From positions 100,766,699 to 100,830,698 of the forward strand of contig NC_092382.1 in the NCBI RefSeq assembly GCF_030028105.1: a DNA stretch of 64,000 nucleotides, written 5' to 3'. Position 1 is the first letter of the stretch. Each line of letters starts with the position of its first letter. Origin of the DNA: Mobula birostris. Lineage: Eukaryota. The notes beneath the pieces are model-generated. The model was given only the letters and a program-made list of their open reading frames with translations, was not told the DNA's origin and made no database searches. The translations under genes and the position numbers were made by a program. Of the stretch, positions 36,830 through 47,925 are shown in pieces.

Positions 36830-37815
36830 CCACATAGAATAGTACAGCACAGTACAGGCGCTTCGACCCACAATGTTGTGCTGACCCTCAAACCCTGCCT
36901 CCCATATAACCCCCCACCTTAAATTCCTCCATATACCTGTCTAGTAGTCTCTTAAACTTCACTAGTGTATCTGACTCCACCACTGACTCAGGCAGTGCAT
37001 TCCACGGACCAACCACTCTCTGAGAGAAAAAAACCTTCCTCTAATATCCCCCTTGAACTTCCCACCCCTCACCTTAAAGCCATGTCCTCTTGTATTGAGC
37101 AGTGGTGCCCTGGGGAAGAGGCGCTGGCTATCCACTCTATCTATTCCTCTTATTATCTTGTACACCTCTATCATGTCTCCTCTCATCCTCCTTCTCTCCA
37201 AAGAGTAAAGCCCCAGCTCCCGTAATCTGTGATCATAATGCATACTCTCTAAACCAGGCAGCATCCTGGTAAATCTCCTCTGTACCCTTTCCAATGCTTC
37301 CACATCCTTCCTATAGTGAGGTGACCAGAACTGGACACAGTACTCCAAGTGTGGCCTGACCAGAGTTTTATAGAGCTGCATCATTACCCCGCGACTCTTA
37401 ACTCTATCCCTTGACTTATGAAAGTTTACACCCCATCAGCTTTCTTAACTACCCTATTCGTCTGTGAGGCAGCTTCCAGGGATCTGTGGACATGTACCCC
37501 CAGATCCCTCTGCTCCTCCACACTACCAAGTATTCTGCCATTTAATTTGTACTCTGCCTTGGAGTTTGTCCTTCCAAAGTGTATCACATTTCTCCGGGTT
37601 GAACTCCATCTGCCACTTCTCAGCCCATTTCTGCATCCTATCAATGTCTCTCTGAAATCTTCGACAATCCTCTACACTATCTACAACACCACCAATCTTC
37701 GTGTCGTCTGCAAAACTTGCTAACCCACCCTCCTATCCCCACATCAAGGTCGTTAATAAAAATCACGAAAAGTAGGGGTCCCAGATCCGATCCTTGTGGG
37801 ACACCAGTAGTCACA
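36830..37815 (-). mobile_element. CR1 LINE RT 3' half
   Basis: GVPQGSDLGPLLFVIFINDLD, then ORFs 37426-37644 and 36962-37384. Confidence 0.9.
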
Positions 37816-38564
37816 GGAGAGGGGGAGAGGATAGATGAGGAAGAAAAAAGGAAGAGGGAGAGAGAGAGGGGACAAGGGGGAAAGAGGGGGAAGAGAAAGA
37901 GGGAGGAAGATAGGAGGGGAGTGAGAGGGGAGGGAGAGCGCGGACAGAGGGAGAGGGAGAGGTGAGAGAGAGGAATGGGAGAGGGGAAGGGAGGAAGAGG
38001 GGAGGGTGAGAGAGCGGGGAGAAAGAGAAGGGAGGGAGAGGGGCTGACACTCTCTAAACCAGGCNNNNNNNNNNNNNNNNNNNNNNNNNNNNNNNNNNNN
38101 NNNNNNNNNNNNNNNNNNNNNNNNNNNNNNNNNNNNNNNNNNNNNNNNNNNNNNNNNNNNNNNNNNNNNNNNNNNNNNNNNNNNNNNNNNNNNNNNNNNN
38201 NNNNNNNNNNNNNNNNNNNNNNNNNNNNNNNNNNNNNNNNNNNNNNNNNNNNNNNNNNNNNNNNNNNNNNNNNNNNNNNNNNNNNNNNNNNNNNNNNNNN
38301 NNNNNNNNNNNNNNNNNNNNNNNNNNNNNNNNNNNNNNNNNNNNNNNNNNNNNNNNNNNNNNNNNNNNNNNNNNNNNNNNNNNNNNNNNNNNNNNNNNNN
38401 NNNNNNNNNNNNNNNNNNNNNNNNNNNNNNNNNNNNNNNNNNNNNNNNNNNNNNNNNNNNNNNNNNNNNNNNNNNNNNNNNNNNNNNNNNNNNNNNNNNN
38501 NNNNNNNNNNNNNNNNNNNNNNNNNNNNNNNNNNNNNNNNNNNNNNNNNNNNNNNNNNNNNNNN

Positions 38565-38969
38565 TGTACTGCTACCAGAGAAACACACGTTTCACTACAT
38601 TTTGCGGTAACAATAAATCCGGATTTGAGAGGCGGCGGTGATGCTCAAGGAACCGGGAAGTGGACGCATGCGCACGAAGAGAGAGAGAAAGGGAGCGAAC
38701 GGGGCGCTGGGCCCGAAGTCTGGAAGTCACTTTGCAGGTTTGGCAGAGGAAACGAAGCAGGTGCGGCGAGGCAGGTCGCTTGAGGAACTAAGGAGGCTCC
38801 TGAAGGAAGTGCGAAAGAGGGAGATAACGAGGGGAGGAAGGAGAGAATGGCGGACATACACTAGGATGGAGAATAAAGGCGACTGAGGGAAAGTCAAAGC
38901 GACGATGACGAGTGGCAGAAGGAGGGGTGCAGAGAGAGAGATGAGGATAGAGAGAGAGGGGAGGGGGGG

Positions 38970-39005
<36 letters not shown>

Positions 39006-39490
39006 GAGAAGTGCGTTTTGGCTAGGCCGTGTTTTGTTTTATGTCTGTCCGGTCGCCCCAGACGGACCCGGAAGAGGGTACTGACTGGATTGGAGAGCAG
39101 TTTCTTTCAGGAGATCTGGAATATACCTGGGCAGTCACTAATCCGCCCTCTGAGATTAAGTTATTTTGCCACGTGTACATCGCTTTCTTTGTTTTGGCGT
39201 GTGCCTGCGTGCGTGCGAGTCTGCGTTTCCGTGGCTTTTTTCAAGTCGCAGAGCAAGAGAGAGAGACTGTGTGGAGCGCCGCTCCTCACACAGACATTTT
39301 CGCAGTATTTTCCCTGTGTTTTACGAGGTCGAGTTGCGGTCTCGACACTCAACTTGGCACGGTTGGAAGGCGTGCTCGGGGGCGGGCCCGACCGGTCTCG
39401 AACCCGGAACCCTCCGCTCCCGGGTCCGGTGCCGATGTCGTTGCGCCACCAGCCGGCTCCGCCACGTGTACATCTTAACGTCGAGACACG
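38565..39490 (+). repeat. Segmental duplicate (block A) of 44260-45200, including a shared SINE insertion
   Basis: Colinear similarity throughout. The minus-strand SINE is flanked by the same TSD core CACGTGTACATC in both copies (39168-39181/39461-39474 and 44892-44904/45182-45194). Confidence 0.9.
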
Positions 39491-40901
39491 CAGTGAAGTG
39501 CGCGTCGGTGCCGGCGATCACCCCACGTCAAGTGCCGCCGTGCTTCGGGTCCACAAGTCACTGACCACAGCCCGCACGTCTTTGGAATGATAGCGGAAAC
39601 CCTGTCTCCAGATTTCTTAAACATCCGCTTCATTTTCCTTCTGCCTCTCCCCCCTCTCTCTCTCTTCTATCTCCCTATCTCTCTGCCTGCCCCTCTCCCT
39701 CTCGACGTCCTCCCTTTGACCTGCTCTCTGTCGCGTTCGGGCTCCATCCTGGTGTATGTCCGTCTTTCTCTCCGTCTGTCCCTCGTGATCTCCCCTTGGT
39801 CACGGTCTCTTTCTTTTTGTCCACCCCAGCAGAGTTAACTTCCACCCCGACTGTCTCTCTCTTTCACTCCTTCTCAGTTGTTCGCTTATTATTTGCTGTC
39901 CATATTTGGCTCCCCGCTTCCCCATATCATTATCGCTCTCTCCTCTCACTTGCTCTCCCATCTTCTGTCTCTCTGTTCTTCCCACGACGTCACTTCCTTT
40001 CCCTCTCTGCTTTTTCCCTCTCACCCCCTTCACCTCTGTCTCATTTGCCCCCTTAGTTTTTCCTTTCCTTCTCACCCCCTTTGGCCACTTTTCAATCTCT
40101 TTCCTGGCCCTTTCCTCCGTTCCTGTCCTTTTCCTTTTCTCTTTTTTCTTCCTTCTTTCATTCTTCCTCTTTGGGATTTTCCATTCTCTCTTACTTTCCG
40201 TCCTCTCACTGTCTTCCTATCTCATCTCTTTATTGACCCACCACTCTCTTTCACTTTCGCACACTCCTCCCTCCCTCCCATTCCCCATCTTCCCCTCTTA
40301 ATTTATTTCTCTCTCCATGCCTTTACCTCTTTTACTCCGACCTCTCTGCCTCCTATTCTTCTGTCCTTTTCACTGAAAACCCACCCACCCTACTATATCT
40401 TTTCCGACGTCTCTGCCTCTTATTTTTCAGTTCTTCTCCCTCAATACCCATCCACCATTCTGTATCTTTCCCTGCTCTCTCTCCCTCTGTCGTTCTGTCC
40501 TCTTCTCTCCCTCGCTCTCTCGGTCTCTCTCTCTCACTCACTGTTTCTCTCCCCCCTCACTCCCTCCCTGTCTCNNNNNNNNNNNNNNNNNNNNNNNNNN
40601 NNNNNNNNNNNNNNNNNNNNNNNNNNNNNNNNNNNNNNNNNNNNNNNNNNNNNNNNNNNNNNNNNNNNNNNNNNNNNNNNNNNNNNNNNNNNNNNNNNNN
40701 NNNNNNNNNNNNNNNNNNNNNNNNNNNNNNNNNNNNNNNNNNNNNNNNNNNNNNNNNNNNNATCCACTTCTTTCATCCAGTCTATCTTTTGAATACAAAG
40801 GTATGTGGCGATTTAGGGGCCATGACCAGCACAGTCACGTTGGGCGGGAGGGTCTTTTCCTCTCCCTCACGACATTTCTCTGCATTTCCCTGCATTCCCG
40901 G

Positions 40902-41125
40902 CCGGCTGGCGGCGCAATGGGATCAGCGCCGGACTCCAGAGCGAAGGCTCCCGAGTTCGAATCCAAGTTTGGCCTCCCACCCCGTGCTGGGCTCAGCGTC
41001 GAGCTCGCCACTCGGCCTCGTTAAACGAAAAAGCAAAAAAGGGTCAAGTCAGGAACGTTCATTTGGTGACCCGGTTAATCCGCCAGACAAGAATGTCTGA
41101 CTGTCTGGTGTGACACGCTAAAAAA
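40902..41125 (+). mobile_element. SINE with a tRNA-Trp-like head
   Basis: GGCGCAATGG..AGCGC..GACTCCAGA.C.GAAGGCT.C..GTTCGAATC matches vertebrate tRNA-Trp(CCA) as recalled; it continues into a SINE body ending CACGCTAAAAAAA. Confidence 0.75.
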
Positions 41126-41406
41126 ACACTGCATTTCTCCCTCTGTCACCATTTCCCTTTCTTAAATCTCTTCGGGGCAAAGAACAATTCAGAGAGTTAG
41201 GGAATTGAGGGAGTGAAGGGAGGGATAGATATTTTTATATTTTGTAATATACTATGGCCGCAAAACGACAGATATCACGACATCTAATTGTAACGCCCCT
41301 CTTTCCCCTCTCGCCTTCTCTATCGTCCTCTTCTGCCCCCCCCTCCCCACTCCCTTTTTCTCAGGTTGTCTCACCTTCCCCTGCTCAACTCCCCTACTCT
41401 CGCTTC

Positions 41407-41435
41407 TGTGATGGTATCCGGAAGTACCCGTATTA

Positions 41436-41483
<48 letters not shown>

Positions 41484-42401
41484 TCAGAGAGAGAGAGAGA
41501 GTTATTTAACAGCTTGTTTGTAAGAGAGAGAGAGAGAGATTTATTTAACAGCTTGTTTGAAAAAGAGAGAGAGAGAGACGAAGATTAACGGTTGGACTGT
41601 CACTTTAAGGCACTGGAGGTAAGTTTGGATTTCTACTGAGTTCGGAGTTGGAGACAGCACCGAGCAGCCCGGAAGTTGATATGGTAGCCGCAGACAGGTT
41701 GTTGATACTTGTTCAAAGACAGTTCGCCTGCTTGTGCATTTTTTAACAAGGAGGAAGGAGGAGTTATTTGAATGACAGTTGATGCTTAGTACGGGAAGAT
41801 AAAATAAGAGGTCAGATGATACGGACCGCAGACACATTATTTGGACACTGAATGAGCATGTTGTGCCGGCGAAAAAAGTGGATTTTGGAGGATCGATCAG
41901 TAGCTCTTGCAGTGGAAGGAGGGAAAGGGGTTGACTGGTGGGGAGTTGTCCATGTGTCCACCCTCGCCTGGGTGATAGCTCCACCACAGAAAACCGGTCC
42001 CCCTGGTTAAAGTCAGAGTCGGTGACTTTTAAAGATTTCCAAGGACGACGAGAAGATCGACGACGTCAGCTCGCCTGATGACTCAAATATCTCCGCCTCT
42101 CTCTCATCTCTACTAAACTCAATCCCACGAACTGAACTGAACTGAACTTTACTCATCATCGTAAGACTGTATCTTTTCACCCCTAGACTTAAAGAAGCTA
42201 GGTTTTCATACATTTATATATTTCCACACTTACTGATTTACTTACTTATATATAATCATTGCTAACCTGTTTTGTTTTATTTCCATTTATATTACTGTAT
42301 TGCGTAGCTACTAATAAATATTAATAGTTTATTGCAATACTGGACTTCAAAGTGTTTTCTCTTTCCGCTGGTTCTTTAATCCCGTCACGGGGTTGGTGAC
42401 A
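41407..42401. mobile_element. Solo LTR, same family as 20052-20951, inverted
   Basis: TGTGATGG...GGTGACA ends; the internal sequence is the reverse complement of the 20.05-20.95 kb element. The TSD is not clean. Confidence 0.75.
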
Positions 42402-42580
42402 CCCCTTCCTCTTTTTTTTCCCGTCCCTCCCTACCACACTTCCGTGTTCCTTGCCGAGTTGATCGCACTCCGTTCAACGTGGAATGAGCTTCCTGGAAAC
42501 CGCTAACCATCCTTCCCCCCCACCCCCCCAACCATTACGTTGACTGCAGTCCAGGAGGCGAGCTGAGAGCGCGGGAGAGG

Positions 42581-42619
42581 GGTTCTTGACACAGCGAGTT
42601 ACGGGAGCGTGTCGCTGTG
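42581..42619 (-). promoter_or_regulatory. 23-bp-spacer recombination signal sequence of the V segment
   Basis: CACAGCG (42619-42613), 23 bp, TCAAGAACC (42589-42581). Confidence 0.92.
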
Positions 42620-42924
42620 TCCCACACTAGTAGCGCAGTAGTACAGCGCCGTGTCTGTAGGCTGCGCGGTCTCTGTCTTCAGCAGACACGTCTTCCTGCC
42701 AGGCCGCTCCGCTTTAAAGCCCGACTGGAACTCCGGCTCGTAGGTGGGCTGGCTCCCGGACACGCTCACCACCATAAGGCGAGGACCGCTCCCGGTGTCG
42801 TATCGGTACCAGTACATATAGTTATGGTCTGTGTCGTTCTGATGGCACGTGAGAGTGGCGAGCGACCCTCGCTCGGTCGTCAACCGTCCGGGAAACTGCG
42901 AGATGAGCGCGTACCCTCCGTGAC
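42620..42924 (-). CDS. TRBV: TCR beta V exon, open frame (GHGGYALISQFPG...TLTCHQNDTDHNYMYWYR...DTALYYCATSVG)
   Basis: Acceptor TTTCTCTCTCTAG, phase 1. Conserved Cys, WYR and DxAxYYC, followed by an intact RSS. CHQ..HNYMYWYR is characteristic of TRBV. Confidence 0.95.
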
Positions 42925-43664
42925 CTAGAGAGAGAAACCCGGCAAAGTGCAAGATTAGTTAGCGGCGGGTCCGCATCCCGCGCCGAGCATCTGCCATTCT
43001 TAATGTACCTGTCTCGACAACTCCTTCTGGCAGCTCCTTCCACAGACAGACTACCCGTATCCCTCTAAACCTTTCCTGTCCGTGTCCCTGTCCCAGTGTC
43101 GTTAACGTACCCGCCTTGACCACTTCCTCTGGCAAGTCCTTCCATAGACGGGCCACCCTCTGGGTGAAAAAGTCACCCCTTGGTTCTTTAGTAAATGCCT
43201 CTCCGCTCTTAGTTTAAACCTCTGCCCTCTAGATTTCGACTCCATGACCATGGGGAAAAACACTTCGCGCATTCACCCTGTCTATGGCATAAATTCGTTC
43301 ATACTCCAAACAAAAATAACCTCTCCTGCCCAGTCTCCTTTTATTACGCAGGGCTTCGAGCCCCGTCGGCATCCATGCAAATATTTCCGACTTCCTACAG
43401 AAGGACGAAACATAAACTGGACACAAAATTCCTGGTCACAGAGAAATTCAATTTAAGGTAAAAAACTGCAGTTAAATTCAGAACAACTGAAATTCATTTC
43501 AAGCGCGGCGTCTTTAAAGTGGGTGTCGTTGTAAACGATAAACAGCGTATTAAAACTTCAACAATAAAGTGCGTCGGAAGTCGCCGAAAAGGGAAATCAT
43601 AAATATTAGTGGATTTGAAGGTGGTATTTGTACAAGCTTTCAGGCCTGAAGTGAATGTACTCAC

Positions 43665-43709
43665 CAAGAAAGTGAAAAATTAATCCAGTAAAATGACGAG
43701 GACTGTCAT
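43665..43709 (-). CDS. TRBV: Leader exon of the V segment, with a 1-nt frameshift as assembled
   Basis: ATG ACA GTC CTC GTC ATT TTA CTG GAT TAA, then donor GTGAGT after 45 nt. Adding one base gives MTVLVIFTGLIFHFL-G (46 nt, phase 1), matching the V acceptor phase. Confidence 0.75.
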
Positions 43710-43800
43710 CCTGTGAGCTGTTATCTCCGGGTCTGGTCGCAATTGAACAAGCGGAAAGAGCGAGATGAGCGCGGGTACGTGGGCTATGACATAGTGGAGT

Positions 43801-43808
43801 TGACGTCA
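43801..43808 (-). promoter_or_regulatory. CRE (V-beta promoter decamer-like element)
   Basis: Perfect TGACGTCA 92 bp upstream of the leader ATG; CRE-type decamers are a known feature of TRBV promoters. Confidence 0.7.
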
Positions 43809-44041
43809 GCAAGCGTGCGATGCGATTGCTCGCCGCCACCCAACGCGCAGAGGCGAATCCGCGCGCCGAGGACGCGAGAACGCGCCGAAAGAGCCCTGAT
43901 GTGGCGCCGTGCGACGGAGTCTGCGCAGGAATTTCAGACGCAGATGATAAATAGGTGCTGGAATCTCAGCGTGTGGGGCACGATTCATGCCGCCTGGCCC
44001 TGAACAGGCGGACGGCACACGGTGGCGAAACTGGTGGTGTA

Positions 44042-44122
<81 letters not shown>

Positions 44123-44345
44123 GAGATGGGCCGACAAATAAAAAACCCATGGCCCCCCTGCACGCTCCCTCTCCATTTAGCTGTCGTTTTGCGATGCCGA
44201 TATAAATATATATTTTACATTTTTGATATTATAGGGTATCGTATTTTAATGCCTTACACCGTCCTGCTACCGGAGAAGCACACGTTTCACTACATTTGCG
44301 GTAACAATAAACCCGAATGTGAGAGGCGGCGGTGATGCACAAGGG

Positions 44346-44368
44346 ACCGGAAGTGGGGGCATGCGCAC
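44346..44368 (+). promoter_or_regulatory. ETS (ACCGGAAGTG) plus NRF1-like (GCATGCGCAC) motif pair; copy at 38653-38674
   Basis: Adjacent motifs in a CpG-rich context, typical of housekeeping promoters. Function is inferred only. Confidence 0.4.
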
Positions 44369-45930
44369 GAAGAGAGAGAGAAAGGAAGCGATCGGGGCGC
44401 TGGGCCCCAAAGTCTGGACGTCGCTTTGCAGGTTTGGCAGAGGAAACGAAGCAGGGTGTTTGGGGGTGGGGTGTGCAGGTAGCTTGAGGAAGTTAGGAGG
44501 CTCCGGAAGGAAGTGCGAAAGAGGGAGACAAGGAGGGGAGGAAAGAGAGAAGGGCGGACATACACTGGGATGGAGAATAAAGGCGGTTGAGAGCAAGCCA
44601 AAGGGAGGCAGACGAGAGGGAGAAGGAGGGGTGCAGAGAGACAGATGGGGGAGAGAGAGAGAGAGAGATAGATGGATAGATGTAGAGAGAGAGAGAGAGA
44701 AGTGCGTTTTGGCTAGGCCGTGTTTTGTATTGTGTGCAGGTCCGGTCGCCCCATTAAAACGAAGGACAGAGCAGTACTTGGGATGGACACGGAAGAGGTT
44801 ACTGACTGGATTGGAGAGCGGTTTCTCTCAGGAGTACTGTAATAAACCTGGGCAATCACTGATCCGCCCCTCTGAGATTAAATCATTTGGTCACGTGTAC
44901 ATCTCTTTGTATTTCTTGGCGTGTGCCTGCGTGCGTGCGAGTCTGCGTGTCCGTTGGTTTTTCCAAAGCAGAGCGAGAGAGAGAGACTGTGTGTCGCGCC
45001 GCTCCTCACACAGACATTTTCGCAGTATTTTCCCTGTGTTTTACGAGGTCGAGTTGCGGTCTCGGCACTCAACCCGGCACGGATGCGAAGATTGCTCGGG
45101 GCCGGGCCCGACCGGTCTCGAACCCGAGTACCTCCGCTCCCGGGTCCGGCGCCGATGTCGTTGCGCCACCAGCCGGCCCACCACGTGTACATCTTAACTT
45201 TGAAACGTGAGATGCGATTGGCTCGCCGCCATTCAACACGCAGAGGCGAATCCGCGCGGCCGAGGACGCGAGAACGTGCCGAAAGCGCCCTGATCTGGCC
45301 CCGTGCGACGGAGTCGGCGCAGGAATTTCAGACGCAGATGAGAACTTAGGTGCTGGAATCTCAGCGTGTGGGGCACGATTAATGCCGTCTGGCCCTGAAC
45401 AGGAGGACGGCACACGGTGGCGAAACTGGTGTGTGTGTGTGTGTGTGTGTGTGAAAGAGAGAGAGAGAGAGAATTTGCAGTATTCTCCCTCGGGTTAACA
45501 CCCCGTCAGCTCCTAAAGCAGCTGAGGAAAGAGACGAGATTTCGAAGAACAGGTTTACCAGGCCGTCGCCTGGCTTGGAGGGCTTTCATTTTGGAGAGAG
45601 ATTATATAGGCTGAAACGAAGGAGGCCAAGGGGCTCTGGATATTTTTGTATGGTGGTAATTTTGTCACTTACCAAGATGGAGCGAAAAGCTTGTCTTGCA
45701 TACTGACCACTCAGATCATATTAGAGCAAGGGAAAACATGGACAGGAAAGGTTTAGAGGGATATGGTGGTCCGTCTGTGGAAGGAGCTGCCGGGAGAAGC
45801 AGTCGAGGCAGGTACGTTAACGACACTCGGACAGAAAAACGGATAGGAAAGGTTTCGAGGGATACGCAGGGCCTCTCTCCATTCTCTTTGACCCAGTAAC
45901 CGAGGCGGAATCCTTTGCCCCCTCCCACAG

Positions 45931-46062
45931 CCCCCACCGTAGCCGACCTTTCCACCTCGGAGACCTGGGCCGAGGAATTCCTGGCCACCGAGACCACCCT
46001 GGACACCCCGCAGGGCTACGCCGCCACTGATTGGTCGGAGGATTTTATCACCGAGGCGACAG
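45931..46062 (+). CDS. PEX5: Single internal exon of a PEX5 (peroxin 5, PTS1 receptor) homolog
   Basis: Acceptor CCCTCCCACAG and donor GTGAGG; 132 nt, open frame: PTVADLSTSETWAEEFLATETTLDTPQGYAATDWSEDFITEAT. It aligns without gaps to recalled human [43 protein letters not shown], including both WxxxF motifs. Confidence 0.88.
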
Positions 46063-47339
46063 GTGAGGGGGCTGGGCTGGCTCATTGTGGGAGGAAAGGA
46101 GATTGACCAATGGGCTATTGGGGACGGGATGGGATTGGCCAATGGGCTGTTGGGGACGGAACGGGATTGACCAATGGGCTATTGGGGATGGAAGGAGATA
46201 CAGTTCTTTTTCTCCTTAGGGTCGGGGAATCAAGATCCAGTGGGCACAACTTAAAGGTGAGAGGGAAGAGAATTGGACACAAAGGTGTATTTGTGGAAGG
46301 ACCTGCCGGGGTAGAAGTGGTCGAGGTAGGTACATTAATAACACTCGGATAGGGACACTGATTGGAAAGGTTTAAGGAATACGGTGGTCCATCTGTGGAA
46401 GGATCAGCATGAGGCGGGGTGTGAGGCCAGGAATCCATCTTCTGACAAAAGAGAATCTGAAACAACTGTAATGGACAAGATTAACGAGAGACACGGATAA
46501 CGTGTTCTGTTTACGCCCATCACCCCTACTGGCATATAGGCTCCCGAAAGCAGCTCTCTCGTCATCTGTCCTGGTCCAGTCATTTCAGGCTGTCCCCCAG
46601 ATGACTGATCCGACGTCTCCCGGGTATTAGATCTTCGGAGAGATCCTACCTCTCCCAGGAATAGGGTCTTTGGAGATTCTGTTGACGCCTCTTTACCGCT
46701 GGGTTTATACGGCCCCAGGCCCAGCCCTTCTCCTTTCTTAGCCATACATGGCGGAGCTCATGTGATGATGGGGTTATGAAATAACGCGGGAAAGCCGAGA
46801 AGAAGGGGCTTCGAAAGGAATTTGAGTTTCTGGAGGAGCTGGTGGAGTCAGATATCAAGTCCGGTCACCGCATTACAGCGAGGAGGTAGCAGTTCTGGAG
46901 AGGACACGGAAGAAGTTTGTTGACAGGGGAACTTGAATAAATCTGGACGATGATTAACGTCCCACCATAGGTCGAAATGCAATCCAACTCACCAATCCAA
47001 CCGGTAATCTTTGGCAAGTGGGAGGGGAATGGAGCATCCAGAGGAAGCCGACGCGGCCACGGGGAGAACGTACAAGCTCCCTGCGAACGGCTCCTTACAG
47101 GAAACTTACGCAGGCTTTGCACAGAGGGCAGAAGAAGGGCTTTAGACCATTAGACATAGATATAGTATTAGTTCACACGACCCATCGAGCCTGCTCCGGT
47201 ATTCCATCAAGGCTGCTATATAATCCCCCTCAACCCCATCCTCTTACATTGTACCTGTAACTTTTGATACCCTGACTTATCAAGAACATATCGATCTCCG
47301 GTTTACATGTACCCAATGACAGCATCCACGCCCGTCTGT

Positions 47340-47925
47340 GCCTCTGTTCCTAGACTCCCCTAATATAGGGAACATCCTCTCCACATCCAATCTATCTGTG
47401 TCCTCTGGTCCTAGACTCCCCCACTACGGGAAACATCCTCTCCATATCCACTCTATCTGTGTCCTCTGGTCCTAGACTCCCCCGCTAAAGGAAACATCCT
47501 CTCCACATCCATTGTATCCGTGTCCTCCGGTCCTAGACGCCCCCACTACAGGAAACATCCTCTCCACATCCACTCTATCTGTGTCCTCTGGTCCTAGACT
47601 CCCCCACTACAGGAAACATCCTCTCTACATCCACTCTACCTGCGTCCTCTGGTCCTAGAATCACCCACTATAGGAAACATCCTCTGCACATCCATTCTAT
47701 CTGTGTCCTCTGGTCCTAGACTCCCCTACTACAGGAAACATCCTCTCTACATCCACTCTACCTGCGTCCTCTGGTCCTAGACTCCCCCACTACAGGAAAC
47801 ATCCTCTCCACATCCACTCTATCTGTGTCCTCTGGTCCTAGACTACCCCCACTACAGGAAGCATCCTCTCCACATCCACTCTATCTGTGTCCTCTGGTCC
47901 CAGACTCCCCCACTATAAGAAGCAT
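47340..47925. repeat. Short array (~9 copies) of the 61-bp CR1-derived satellite
   Basis: Same unit as 51755-64000, embedded in CR1 flanks. Confidence 0.9.

Noticed and set aside
40902-40975. Functional tRNA-Trp gene
   Set aside because: The stems do not pair properly and the sequence continues into a SINE body with poly(A).
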